Positions 23,620 through 35,371 of a stretch of DNA of 45,466 bases are shown in pieces. The position numbers were made by a program, and so were the translations under genes. Where the stretch lies: NCBI GenBank assembly GCA_049999805.1, contig JBNGIO010006224.1:158895-204360 (forward strand), written 5' to 3'. The notes below the pieces were generated by a model. The model was not told the DNA's origin. It was given only the letters and a program-made list of their open reading frames with translations, and ran no database searches. The DNA is from Folioceros fuciformis (Eukaryota). Position 1 is the first letter of the stretch, and each line of letters starts with the position of its first letter.

Positions 23620-26600
23620 CGACTTCAACATCTCTTTACCATCAACTCTCGCAATCGAGACTGCCCTATCTAGATCTAATGCTTTGTCATGATCATCCTC
23701 CTCCTCTGAAATGATTCCTCTACTATCCATGGAATAAGCGTACCATCCTTCCTCTCCTATGGTAGGTTGCTGCCTTAAGAGCTAATGCACCTTTTCCTCT
23801 AATCCCTCGTGCAACCACAAAAAAATGAACTTGACGTGCAGGGCCCCTACGCCAAAATCCCCTTCGACCTCCTCTACCTCCTTCCAACAAGACTCTGATC
23901 TATTCCATAATTGGCCAAGCTGGATAACGCCTTTTCAACAAGCCAGCCCAAAAATTTGTGACCGATATTCGCTTGACCTGAAATCTTGTACCCATAACTT
24001 CGAGAAACCCTGTAGAGGGATACCAAGAACATCGTCCACATGGGAGAAGTTGCCTGGAAGAATATAATGTTTGACCTCCAAGTAACTGCTTCATATGGAC
24101 TTAAAAAGCAGGGAGCATTCTGTAGTATCAAGTAGTGGTTTGTCAGCTAGAATGTTGTCTATAGATCTCCTTCCCCTGGGGACAGCTTGGGTGCACTCCA
24201 AATGTTGTGTTAGAAGACTCTTCCAAGGATAGTATGCCAGATTAGCTGCCCTGACAACCCACTGAGCAAGCAAAACTTTCATCTCGGCAACGGGGTCCAC
24301 CACCCGAGACCCCCCATTCCACGCGCCTAAATAATATGCTGCCAAGACACTTTTGAACACCCTGCCATACTATCCCGCGAATGCTTCCACAGGAAAGAAG
24401 TCAGCACCTATTGTAAGCGCTTCACCTCTTACTTAGAAGGGGCCCACAAAAATAGATAGTACCAAAGAGTTGCAATAAGGATATGGTTGATCACCACCAG
24501 CCTACTTGCGAAATTGAGCTCCAACAATTGTCGACCTGCCACTTTGCGAATAAACCTGAGACAGGCGTACTTCCCTATCTCCTCATTCTCATCCCCTTCT
24601 TGGAAAGGGAGCCCCAAATACTTGTGAGTAGAACCTAGGGTCACTCGCCTGATGTGGTTAATACACTGAGGGAGCTCCCCCTCCATGTGAAGACACATCG
24701 TGCGTGTCTTGTTCCAATTGACCTTGCAGCCCGAAAGTTCACCAAAGACCTCGACCTATTGGAGCAGCGCTTTCAATGAGACCTCGTCTGCCGAGGAAAA
24801 GAGAAGAGTATCATCTGCAAATGTAGATACCCTTAACTGTGTTCCATCTGGGTTCCGAATACCCACCACTACCGGGTCTTGCTTGACTGCTCTGAGAAAG
24901 AAGTCAGTGACGATAGTAAATAAGAATGGAGCAAGGGGGCAACCCTGACGTACCGACCGAGAGATGTTTAAACGCTCCGTAGATGAACCATTGACAGCCA
25001 CCTTGGCACCTGCGTCTTCACACGAAATGGCTATCCATCTGCAGAAGTTATTCCTGAAGCTGAAACTATGCAGGCATCGCCATAAGAAGTGCCACTCAAC
25101 TAAGTCATAGGCCTTGTAAAAGTCAAGGGAAATGAAAACGGCGGCTTTCTTTTGTACCTGGGTGTTGTACTTAGATTCCCTCAGAAGAAGGAGGTTGTCC
25201 AGGATGCACCTATTTTGAATGAACCCTCGCTGTTCTCTCTCAATCCAATCAAGAAATGGAGTAATTTGGTTAGCCAGTACCTTAGCAATCACCTTGTACG
25301 TGGTAGTGAGCAAGGTAATCGGGCGCCAATTAGAGATTGATAAACAGGCATCTTGTTTAGGAAGCAAGGAGATAACCCCCATATTGAACCAACTCCCCAT
25401 GCTACCCTTCTCCCAAAACATATTAACTGCCTCCATGAATAACGGCTGCATAAATTCCCAACCCCAGAGCAAGAATTCGGGGGGAATACCATCATGCCCT
25501 GGGGATTTATCCCTTGGCATCTCCTTCGGGGCCCAAAACACCTTATCAGCAGTTATCGGCTGATCCAGAGCCATGCGTTGGTCTTCGGACACTTTAGCCG
25601 AAAACGCACCATATGACGAAGACCAAAGCCATTCCCACCCTGCCATCTTCCACACTAGAGAAAATGCTAACAAAGAAGAGGGTAATAAGGGCTTTTAAAC
25701 CTTCAAGCGACTCCTACACCACGCCATGCACGTCTGGGAGGGCAGGGATTCGCGTCCTATGCCGGTTAGCGGCCACCTTGTCGAAGAAGAATTTAGAGGG
25801 GCCATCCCCCTCCCTTATCCACTTAACCTTGACCCGCTTAAACCAGCCTCTAGCCCTGTCTTCTTCCAGCTTGGCCAAGGCGCACTACACCTCCATTTTC
25901 TGGGCCTCTTCCGCACTTGTGTAGTCCCGGCCCTCGTAGCTCCTTTATAACCAGCCCAATTCCTCCCTCAGAAAACATCCTTGCTGACGTTGTTCTTTTG
26001 CTCGTTGAGTCCCCCGCCTCCGCAGATACCTAGTTGCCTCATTGCTAGCACGCATCAATTTGATCGCCGCATTCTCTTCCCCCTGTGCAACTCCCTGCCA
26101 TATGTTTTTGATATCTTCAAAGACACCTTTCTCCTTCAGAAAGGAGGTGTTCATCCAAAAATGTTGCATGTGCCTCCTTGGGCGCTCGGACCCAAGAGCG
26201 AGCCTCAAATGCAAGCTCATAGGGTGGTGGTCAGAAAGTATCGTACCAGCGAGAATACTGTATGGCTGAACGAAAGCCAACCATCCTGAGGGTGGATAAA
26301 ACTTGTCCAACCTGCTCGCTCCCAGATTCTGGTGTTGTTGGTTGGACCAGCTGAACATCAAGGAGTGTGGTTGGCGATGGGCCGGAAGGGCCACCCAAGG
26401 ATCTTGCACCGCTAAGACCGTATTCCTCAGCTCCTGCCAAGACATAGGCACTGCCCGAACATTAACTGGGCTATCCCCACGAATGTCCTCATAGCATTGA
26501 ACAAAGTTGAAGTCGCCAGCCAGCAGCCACGGAATCTGCACATGAAGCTGCTCACCAAGCCTGCACCAGAGGGCATTCCTGTCAACAGGAGCATTAGGCG

Positions 26601-29600
26601 CGTAAATATTGCAAATTCCAATCGGACCTTGAGGAGTTTGCAGCACCAGCCGCACAAACCTCCCATCCTCATCTTGCCCCGATTCCAGAATGTGATGGGT
26701 TTGCTCAGGATGAACTATAATAGACACTCCTCCACGGGTCGCTAAAACTCGTTGAGAGGAGATTTGACCCCCGCTTGTCTCTCCTGCTCTAGCAGCTGCC
26801 CAAACTGTTCTCCCATGAAGAAAGATTTTCTTCACTTTCTGGATATGCTCTAGCGACAGTTTATGCTCTTGCAAGCACACCACATCCCATGTGACTTCCT
26901 CTTTTAGCAGATTCTTTAGTCTTCTACACTTCGACGCCGTCTTTGACCAACTCCCCAACCCACTAACATTCCAGGAAATGATCCGCAAATGAGACCCCCT
27001 CTCGTAATTTTTCAAAGTGTCAATACCCATTTAACGGGATCTGCTTGAAAGATTCCGGACAGCAGACGGCTTGGGCATCCTAGCCCCAGATACTGACTTA
27101 TGCTGAGTCAAATGGCCCTTAGCTTTAATCTCAAGGGACAATCTTCGAAGCCTTTCCAACTTGCGCATAGTAGGAGCAGTCCTCCATTCCTGACCATCTA
27201 AGGGCCCCTCGCCCCCCCCAGTGCCGTGAATGGCTCCCAAAACCNNNNNNNNNNNNNNNNNNNNNNNNNNNNNNNNNNNNNNNNNNNNNNNNNNNNNNNN
27301 NNNNNNNNNNNNNNNNNNNNNNNNNNNNNNNNNNNNNNNNNNNNCCAGTGCTGTGAATGGCTCTCAAAACCTGTCATTCGCCCAAGGCGCCTCCAGGGAC
27401 CACCTCCACTCTGGGATAAGTGGAATATTGGGACCATAAACTTGTTTTAGCCGGATGTCAGCAAAAAATTGACCTTCCTTTTGGTATATCCCACTGAAAG
27501 ATTCTACTTCCTAAACCCTTGCCTACAGGAACCCCTCCGACAGACAAGAAGTCAAAAATCTTTTCTTACCCTACATACAGTTGATGCAGTGTGATGCTAA
27601 GGGGTAGCTGTTCCTCCCCATCTCCTATCACCACCAGAAAAGAATAAAGGTCCAGAACCTTTCTCATAATCGTTAAGTTGATCGTAAAAAGTCTGCCTTT
27701 CCTCCTTGTTGTACCTTTCGCCTTCCTGAGCTCCTGGCCACTTGGCAAATATGATACCTCCTGCCCTAAAGGAGAATATCCATCCTACGCCACCTTAGCC
27801 TGCACCACGTCCTTTTCCAGGGAGTTTAACGGAGAGGTGCTTCCTTCATCCTCGGAGAAAACAGCCTGCACCTCATGCCAGACAGTATCAGCGTCCTCCT
27901 CGTCCTCAGCACAAGGGGTGGAGAATAAGTCCTCCTTGGATGCGTACACCACATTATCTCTCAGGGTGGGGTTGGCACATTTGTGGGGCTGGTACAGTCC
28001 ACCTCGGGTTTTCCGAAACACACAGAACCACTTCCACCCATTCCAGACCCCCGTCCTGCTCCAAGTCTGTGGTGCCCGCGGATTGCCAATGCGGCGTTCC
28101 CCACACCAGCAGAAGCTTTCCCGAGAGATCTATTGCCATCCCTTGTTCCTTCCAACACCTTACTCTTTTTGCCTTCCGGGGAGGTGATATCCAAGGCCAT
28201 GCATTGAACAGCTTTATTCAACGCCTTCCTTGCCTTGGCCATAGCTATCTGGTCCTAACGCTGATTACCTAATGACAGATCGTTTGAGACACAAGTCCTC
28301 TTCCCCACACCCACCTCCATGCTCCTCCGTGCGCCTGTGGTCAACATAGACGTTGATACCACTTTCCAGGCAGCGGGACTAGAAGCCGTTTCGGCGCCTG
28401 GCACTATGGTTCCAACAGAACCGAGGTCACCCCCAAGCCCGGGAGACTGATGACCCGGAACCGACAGGTTTTGGAATGCCAGGTTCCCTCATGTAGAAGC
28501 AGGAAACGGAGGCTCATGAGGCACCTTGGGGGATTCCCTTCCCACTTCCTCCCCAACTGCTTGAGCGGAAATGACAGAGCCTATCCCCTGGATCAAGCTC
28601 GTAGGAGCCAACCTATCACAAAACGTCTGGAGAGTTGATGCCGTCAGCTCATCAAAAACCGTGTTGGATCCTGGATTAGACCCCGAGAGCACATCTAGTA
28701 TTCCATCATTCCCTGAAGCCAGGAGCATCGATGACACTCAGTGACCTGAATGGCTTCAAAATGTCCGCTCCCCACCTCAGAAGCTGACATTTGATTATTG
28801 GCAGAGTCTTCCCCCAGACGATCCACATTAGTTGTCCCAAGCTCGGAGGGAGATTGTGCCTTCTTACCAGCGGTAGGCGGGGAAACTCCAAAATCAGCTT
28901 CCCATCTTGTGCTCGCCCTGCCTGGTGGACTCCAACATTAGGGACTGTCTGCACTCTTATCTCCTCCTGAGTCACACTCCACCCCCCTCTCGCCATCCTC
29001 CCTAGCAGCAGCGTCTAACTCAGGACTTGCCAGAGCGTTCGCGTGATGTGTGTTGCCGGGCAGCAAGCACAATGCCTCCCGAGACCGAACTTCGTCCAGG
29101 GGAGTGGAAAAACCGTCCTACATATTCGCCTTTAAAGGATTCACAGCCGCCTCTTGGCCTTGGGATCTGTCTGCCCGCTGGATCCCCAGCACGACGACCA
29201 GGCGGCTGTAAGGGTGGGAGTCCGAAACCCGCTTCCAGGAGACCAAGATGGTCAGAATTCATAACCAGGGTCTGTGCCAAGGAGTTCTCCTGAGACAAGA
29301 GCTCCAACCCATTCCCCACATCCTGTGCCACCCTATTGGCACTTGCTTGAGCCACCCCTCCCTTTGCAACTGAGTCACCCCGACCACCTGCATCCTGCCT
29401 GCCCATCTCCTCAAAGCCCACCATTAACAAATCTGTCGAGATTTCCACTTGACAATCCTCGACCGCCTCCCCAGAGGCTACCCCCACAGGGACCTTCTGA
29501 CAGGTAGTGGGCCCCGAGTAGCCGAACTACCTTCACCTTCTTGGACAAACTCAGCCTGGGGACTACCAACACGGAGAGCCGACAACACACTCACCTCACC

Positions 29601-29690
29601 CCGGCTTGACTGTCGATGTTCGGTCACATCACTCAGACACCTCACAATAGCAGCTCTGTCTTCGCCAGCGACCCCAGCATGTTCGTGATC
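23620..29690 (-). mobile_element. L1-clade LINE retrotransposon, decayed (ORF1 remnant plus ORF2 APE endonuclease and reverse transcriptase), 3'-truncated
   Basis: 25945-27030 has APE motifs IISWNVSGL, VVCLQEHK, NIYAPN, WLLAGDFN, SRLDKF and LSDHHP. 24756-25673 has RT motifs KSPGHDG, NWRPITLL, LDFYKAYD, VRQGCPLAP and FADD; KYLGLP lies downstream. Multiple stops and frameshifts. The ORF1 extent is approximate. Confidence 0.92.
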
Positions 29691-30899
29691 ACCCGTTAAA
29701 AGCTATGAAGGGACTTTCATAACGATCTTGTTAAAGGGAATTTATTGGGCACACCTATTGAGATATTAAGACCTACTAATAATCTACCAAGGTACACATG
29801 CCATTGAAAGTTGACAAGACCGTCGGTGCCGCTTGGAGGCCTTTTCTTGTTATTATCTTTCTTATCTACATAGGGTGGGGATGTCCTGTTTGTAGGTTGG
29901 CCCTCTACTACACCCTTTCGTAGGTAGGCTTCCTATTACTCCCTTTTGAGATCGGCTCCCTACTACTTCTTTTCGTAGGTAGGTTCCCTACGTATACGTG
30001 GGTAGGTTCCTTTTCCCAACTCAAACTCCTGTGCTCTTAGGGCTCGATCTTCCTATCCCTCTTGCCACGTGCTCTTCCTGGCCCAAGATGGCTCATTGGG
30101 TTCCCAATTTAAACTTTCTTGACAACACATTTTGCCACCCTCGGACCTACTCTTGTAGACATCTAGTTCAACCTCCATAGGGTTTAGGGTTAGGTAGCTA
30201 CTAGTTTTCCTTATGATATGCATGGAGCCACATCATGCAATCAAGCACATATAGGTAATCAACCCGCAACCTACGAACTTAGACCACCAACATCCTTTGA
30301 ATCTTGGCTTTGTGCTCACTTTGGAGGTTTTCAAATTGGGTGGCCAAACAATGCCTCTTTACTTGATCTTGTTACCCTCCTTCAAGATGATGTTAGAGTT
30401 GCTAGTTCACTTTTGCAATGTGTGCCCCTAGCTCATCTAGCTTGCTTTGTAAATCCTTCATGAGATGTACTTGCTCTTGTAAATGTTCATCCTCCAACTT
30501 CCTTATTTCCTAAAATTGGGTGAGGTCCCTTTGACACGCCACGACCTCGTGATAAATTTTACTGGGAAGCTGGCAGCCTAATCACTTGCTGGGTCAATTC
30601 TCCAATTCTTGTTGCTACTTATGGTTCTTGAGGAGATAATATCCTTGCTCCTTCTCCAATTGCTACACTCTAGATTCCTTTTGCACCCTTCCTTCATCTT
30701 GACTTCTATCCTCTCACTGTAGGGCTATGATCCTTCTACATGCCTCTCTCTCCAATTTATGCATTTCAATTGTTGGGTACATCAAATAATATTGCTCCAA
30801 ACTCCCAATAAAGGGTCGATGCTTTGGCTCAAATTGGGAGCTCTTCCCACATACCACATTAAATAGTTTCTGAGTATGGGATCATGCCATGAGGACTAT

Positions 30900-31180
30900 G
30901 ACATGAAGGGAGGGCTGTCTTCCTGCACAAGCTTGCCGTCTACAAATTGAAGAGGAGAATTTGTTATAAGTTAGGGCCAGATGGAAGGTTGAGCATTTGT
31001 TATAAGTTAGGGCTAGATGGAAGGGTGAGCATGGGGAAGAATCTAGAGGGCATAACTCTACTGTTGTCATTGTGTAGAAGATTTTGAAGTTTAGTTTTCG
31101 ATAGCCCACCATGCAAAAAGACACGTGGGACTTTATTCATCAATGTGATGCATGCAAAAGGGTAGGGAGGCCTACAATAA
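30900..31180 (+). mobile_element. Ty3/Gypsy integrase zinc-binding (HHCC) relic
   Basis: YKLGPDGRL...EHGEESRGHN....KILK....PTMQKDTWDFIHQCDACKRVGRP, with stops. Confidence 0.7.
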
Positions 31181-31785
31181 CTCCAACCTCCCTATGTAGA
31201 GAGAAAAGGTCATAGGGAGACAAACCCTCCACCGAAGGGAGGAGTTCCTCGAGTTGAAGGATAAGCGAGCTCCTTTCCTACAAACACTAGGAGTGATCCC
31301 GTCGGTGGTGGTGAAGGGAAGAGAAGGCAACTCCCATTAATAGAGGAGGGATAGCGGCAACTCAGCCAATCAACCCAACCTCCCTTCAAGAGTAGTCCTA
31401 GGCACTCCCTCTTAGAGATTTGGAAAGGGGAAGCCTAAGAATCTCCTATGGTGGCCCTTTATTCGTCAATGTGATGCATGCCAAAGGGTAGGGAGGCCTA
31501 CAATAACTCCAACCTCCCTATGTAGAGAGAAAAGGTCATAGGGAGACAAACCCTCCACTGAAGGGAGGAGTTCCTTGAGTTGAAGGATAAGCGAGCTCCT
31601 TTCCTACAAACACTAGGAGTGATCCCGTCGGTGGTGGTGAAGGGAAGAGAAGGCAACTCCCATTAATAGAGGAGGGATAGTGGCAACTCAGCCAATCAAC
31701 CCTACCTCCCTTCGAGAGTAGTCCTAGGCACTCCCTCTTAGAGATTTGGAAAGGGGAAGCCTAAGAATCTCCTATGGTGGCCCTT
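31131..31785. repeat. 326-bp near-identical tandem duplication
   Basis: 31131-31456 is repeated at 31457-31785 with few substitutions. Confidence 0.95.
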
Positions 31786-32744
31786 ATGGTCCCACCTTTC
31801 AATGGCGCGCATTGCATTGGTAATTATTGGCAGGTCTTAGTTTTCTGGGTAGGTGTACCCACTAGCTGCTACAAGAAGCTAATGGTTCGTAGGAAGCCAT
31901 TCGCTACCTTATATAAGTAGAATGAGAACTCGAGTGGGGGGCGTTGTTTTGGATTGTAAGCTTTTTGTGATGAGTAGTGAACCAACTTTTGTAAGTCTAC
32001 GTTTACATCATAGCAGACGGTGGGGATACGAGTGCACTTTTCGTAGTCAATCGCAAAGGTTTTTGTGGTGTCTAGGTGGGAGGGCTGGATGTAGGGAGAC
32101 AAGCAACTGAATTGTTGAGGAAGGTGTTGTAGGGGGGCTTGTGAGGAAAGGGGTATTGAGTGTAGGGAGGTAGAAATTGGCAGGGAGAGTACTAGGGTTT
32201 GTCTAAATGAGGGAATGTTGCCCTCCCATTGACTTGGATGTGTTGTAGGATTGGTAGGACATGATTGGTAGCTTTGATTGTTGAAGGTGAATGACATATG
32301 TTGTTGGGGGAGCTGACCATTGGCCTCTGAGGAAGAGATTCTGGGGAAGCCTACAATGATCATGGGATCGATGTTGTCAGAATACTTGTGAGTGGTGTTT
32401 GGTGGGGGTACCATACTCACGTGCCCATAGCACACCAAATGGGGTGGCGAACCCAACCCCTAGGCATGCTAAAAGTCGCAACAAAGCCACCTTGGGGTGC
32501 CAAGGGTCTTTGGCCTAGGCCCCAAGAACTTGTCCGTGGCTAGAGTTTGTATTATACTCTCACATCACCTCTGCAAACATGGTGACTAAGCTCCAAGCTA
32601 CTTAGAAGTAGAACGTTTAAAACACTACAAATTCTTGTGGCACCTTGCAAATATAGTGGCCAAGCTCCAAGCTGACCAAAAGCATAACCTTTAAAAGGTT
32701 TGCTCCCAGTTGCTCAAAAGTAGAATCTTTAAAATGTTGGCTTT

Positions 32745-32871
32745 TGTGATTCTCAATCGCTGCCAACAAGCTTAGGTCTGTGATTCTCAATCGGCTGCCA
32801 ACAAGCTTAGGTCTGTGATTCTCAATCGGCTGCCCTGTTATTCTCAATCGGCTGCCAACAAGCTTAGGTCC
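32745..32871. repeat. ~34-bp tandem repeat
   Basis: tgtgattctcaatcg(g)ctgccaacaagcttaggtc occurs 3 times, plus a partial copy. Confidence 0.9.
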
Positions 32872-33658
32872 GAACAACTTAGCTTGCTGCCCTACATGAG
32901 TGGTTCGCGTCCACCAGGATTAGGTGTTTGTATGCATTCCTCTATCGCCTGAAAGTTGTCACCCAAAGAAGATTATGTTATTGAAATATAATATCTATAA
33001 ATTTATTATAATTCTTGGCTTTCTTGATAAAAAAATAGAATATTATGCCTAATATTGCACATAGAGAACTATATGCCTTGCATTAATTTAGTCCCTGCAG
33101 ACATAATATGAGTATTAGATAGTACCCTAAGAAGTAAGAAGTACCCTAAGTATGTTTTGAGAAAGATCTTCATATTATGGTCATATTTTAATGAATGAAT
33201 AAGTGAATAAAAAGCTCTCGCTCGCGGCCTCCGATAGGGAGAACGACGAGAGAGGTACTACCGAGGGGAAGGTATATAACGTGGTTGAGCTCCAACCCAG
33301 CTTGGCGAAGGTGTGTGCGCGCGACACGTCAGATCTGGATCCCACGACGCCGGGTGCCGGTAGGGAAGGGCTGGCGAAGCATTTGTCCACTTCAACTTCT
33401 CCTTGCTGGGATCGAAGGGGCGTAGAGGAGGCCCGCGCTTCTGCTCTGCGGTTGTCTGCCGAGCCGTGTGGAGGAATCGCAGCCGTGCGAACCCATGCAC
33501 CTTGTCCGCTGCCGTTGTCTTGCCTCCCTCCTGTGAATGCGTGCCCTTCGAACTTTGCTTCTTGTTGCGTAAGGTTGCGAGCCGCGGAGGAAGGCGTCTG
33601 GGAACGTTCTTGCGGACAGGTCTGACATTGCAGCGTCTTGTTGCTGGCACTGGTCTCC

Positions 33659-34840
33659 ATGTCAGCGATCGGCACCTCCGACGATTCTCTCCGGTAAGCT
33701 TTGCTGCTGCTGCTGCTTGTGTTCCAAAGACTGCAAGCGCGCTGGGGAATGCATGGGCTGTTCTATGGCGAATACAAGCGGGGAATTACGGTTGAAACAC
33801 TATGGTGTGCAGACCCGGTGGAAAGGGAGGCGAGCGAGCGGTCGTGGGACATCCCATGCCGCTCGAGGACGGCACCTTTGGGAAGGCTATCCTGGTGCAA
33901 GTGAGAGGGAACAGGCGAGTGGTTTACTTGACGGTGACCACAGCCTTTGCCAACGCTCTGTTCACTGCGCTCAATATGCCGGCCTGCATCTTGTCCGATC
34001 TGTTGAACGAGGCAACATACCTCTCGCCGATCGGGTCTGTGTCCAAAATCCTCCTTGCTCAGCGAAATAGAGGTGGAGCCAGGGGGAACAAACTCACTGA
34101 CCATGGACCTGCAGAGAAAGTCGATGAGCCTGAGACCGATCCCGCCGATGACGTGCCGATTCCTGCTAGGCTGACAGGCAACAACGGTACCACTGGTGGC
34201 GCTGTTGACGAGAAGACCATAACGGGTGGTAGGGAAACGAAAGCTCTTGACGGAACTGACAAGTCTGAGAACCGGCAGAGAAAGCGCACCCCAGCGGAGG
34301 AGAAGCGGTGGCACCTCCACGTCTACAAGAAGCTTATGGTGCACCAGGAAGCTCAACTGAAAGAGACGACCCAGGAGGAGTACCATTGCCCGAATGCCGC
34401 TCTCGACCAGAACTGCTCCTTTTCGGTGTCTCCGGTCAGAGGCAAAAACTGTTCGTATTGCCGAGCGGAGATGACGGTGGAACTTGAGCCTGATACCGGG
34501 CTTGCCATGGTCGAGGATGCCCCTTCAGTGACTTTTATGGAGGATTTACAGTACATCCCGTTAACAGATGAGAGGACCTTCGCGGAGCTCGTGATGAAAG
34601 GGAAGGACATTCTTGACATGTCCACGGTAACGACCCGTGCCGTAACCGTCGGGATTAAACAGGTGAATGTTGCATTTCTTTGCTTGTAGAACAGGACCTT
34701 CATTTATCGTAGCTCGCTAGCCTAAGATGTTCCACGTCTATGTGTGACAGGTGTTGCAATTAGCTCATGCGGCATTCACTTCATCCACCCCGGTGACTGA
34801 TGTTTTCGGGTGCGTGGGACAGACCTTAGAACCCTATTGA
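33659..34840 (+). CDS. DUF674-family protein, copy 3 (3 exons, 324 aa; most divergent)
   Basis: Exons 33659-33693, 33813-34662 and 34751-34840. Motifs RVVYLTVTTAFANALFTALNMP, YLSPIGSV, C-x8-C-x11-C-x2-C and VGIKQVLQLAHAAFTSSTPVTDVF. Confidence 0.8.
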
Positions 34841-35371
34841 GCGCACTTGGTACGCGTCATCGATGTATTCTTAATCGTGGGGTAAACGTGGGACAGACTT
34901 TCAAACCTAATTTCATAGATTTAGTATCAGTGCATCTGCAATTTGTATAAGTTTAGATATATTATTTATAAACATAAAAAAATGTAAAAATTCTGAAGGT
35001 AAATTTTATAATATATTTTCGGTCAACTCTAGGATTAAACATCCTGCCCTAGATTGGTAGATCAATACTTAGAAAGGATGCCACAGGAACAAGTAGCTAG
35101 ATTGTTCCATGGTACAAATTGGTCCAATCGAATTCTTGTTGTGCATACAGAGACTTTAACCTGAGGTGGGGGGAGCTCCCGAACAAGAAAGAGAGAGGTC
35201 GCAACTGACCGCACCGCATACAGCACTGAAGGACTCCTGCACCCTCAGAAACTTCCAGACGTCCCGCTTTACGAGTCTGAGAAGGGGATTCAGACCTGAG
35301 TGCAAGTAACTTGTTCGCGAATTCACAAGACATGGTCATTTGAAAGAATCTCCATCATGATAGTAGATCAA

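Noticed and set aside
27218..27371. Repeat flanking the gap in the LINE ORF1 region
   Set aside because: Cannot distinguish a tandem repeat from an assembly artefact across 100 Ns
31869..32456. 195-aa minus-strand ORF as a host gene
   Set aside because: Low-complexity P/S/Q sequence within retroelement debris, non-ATG start and no recognisable domain
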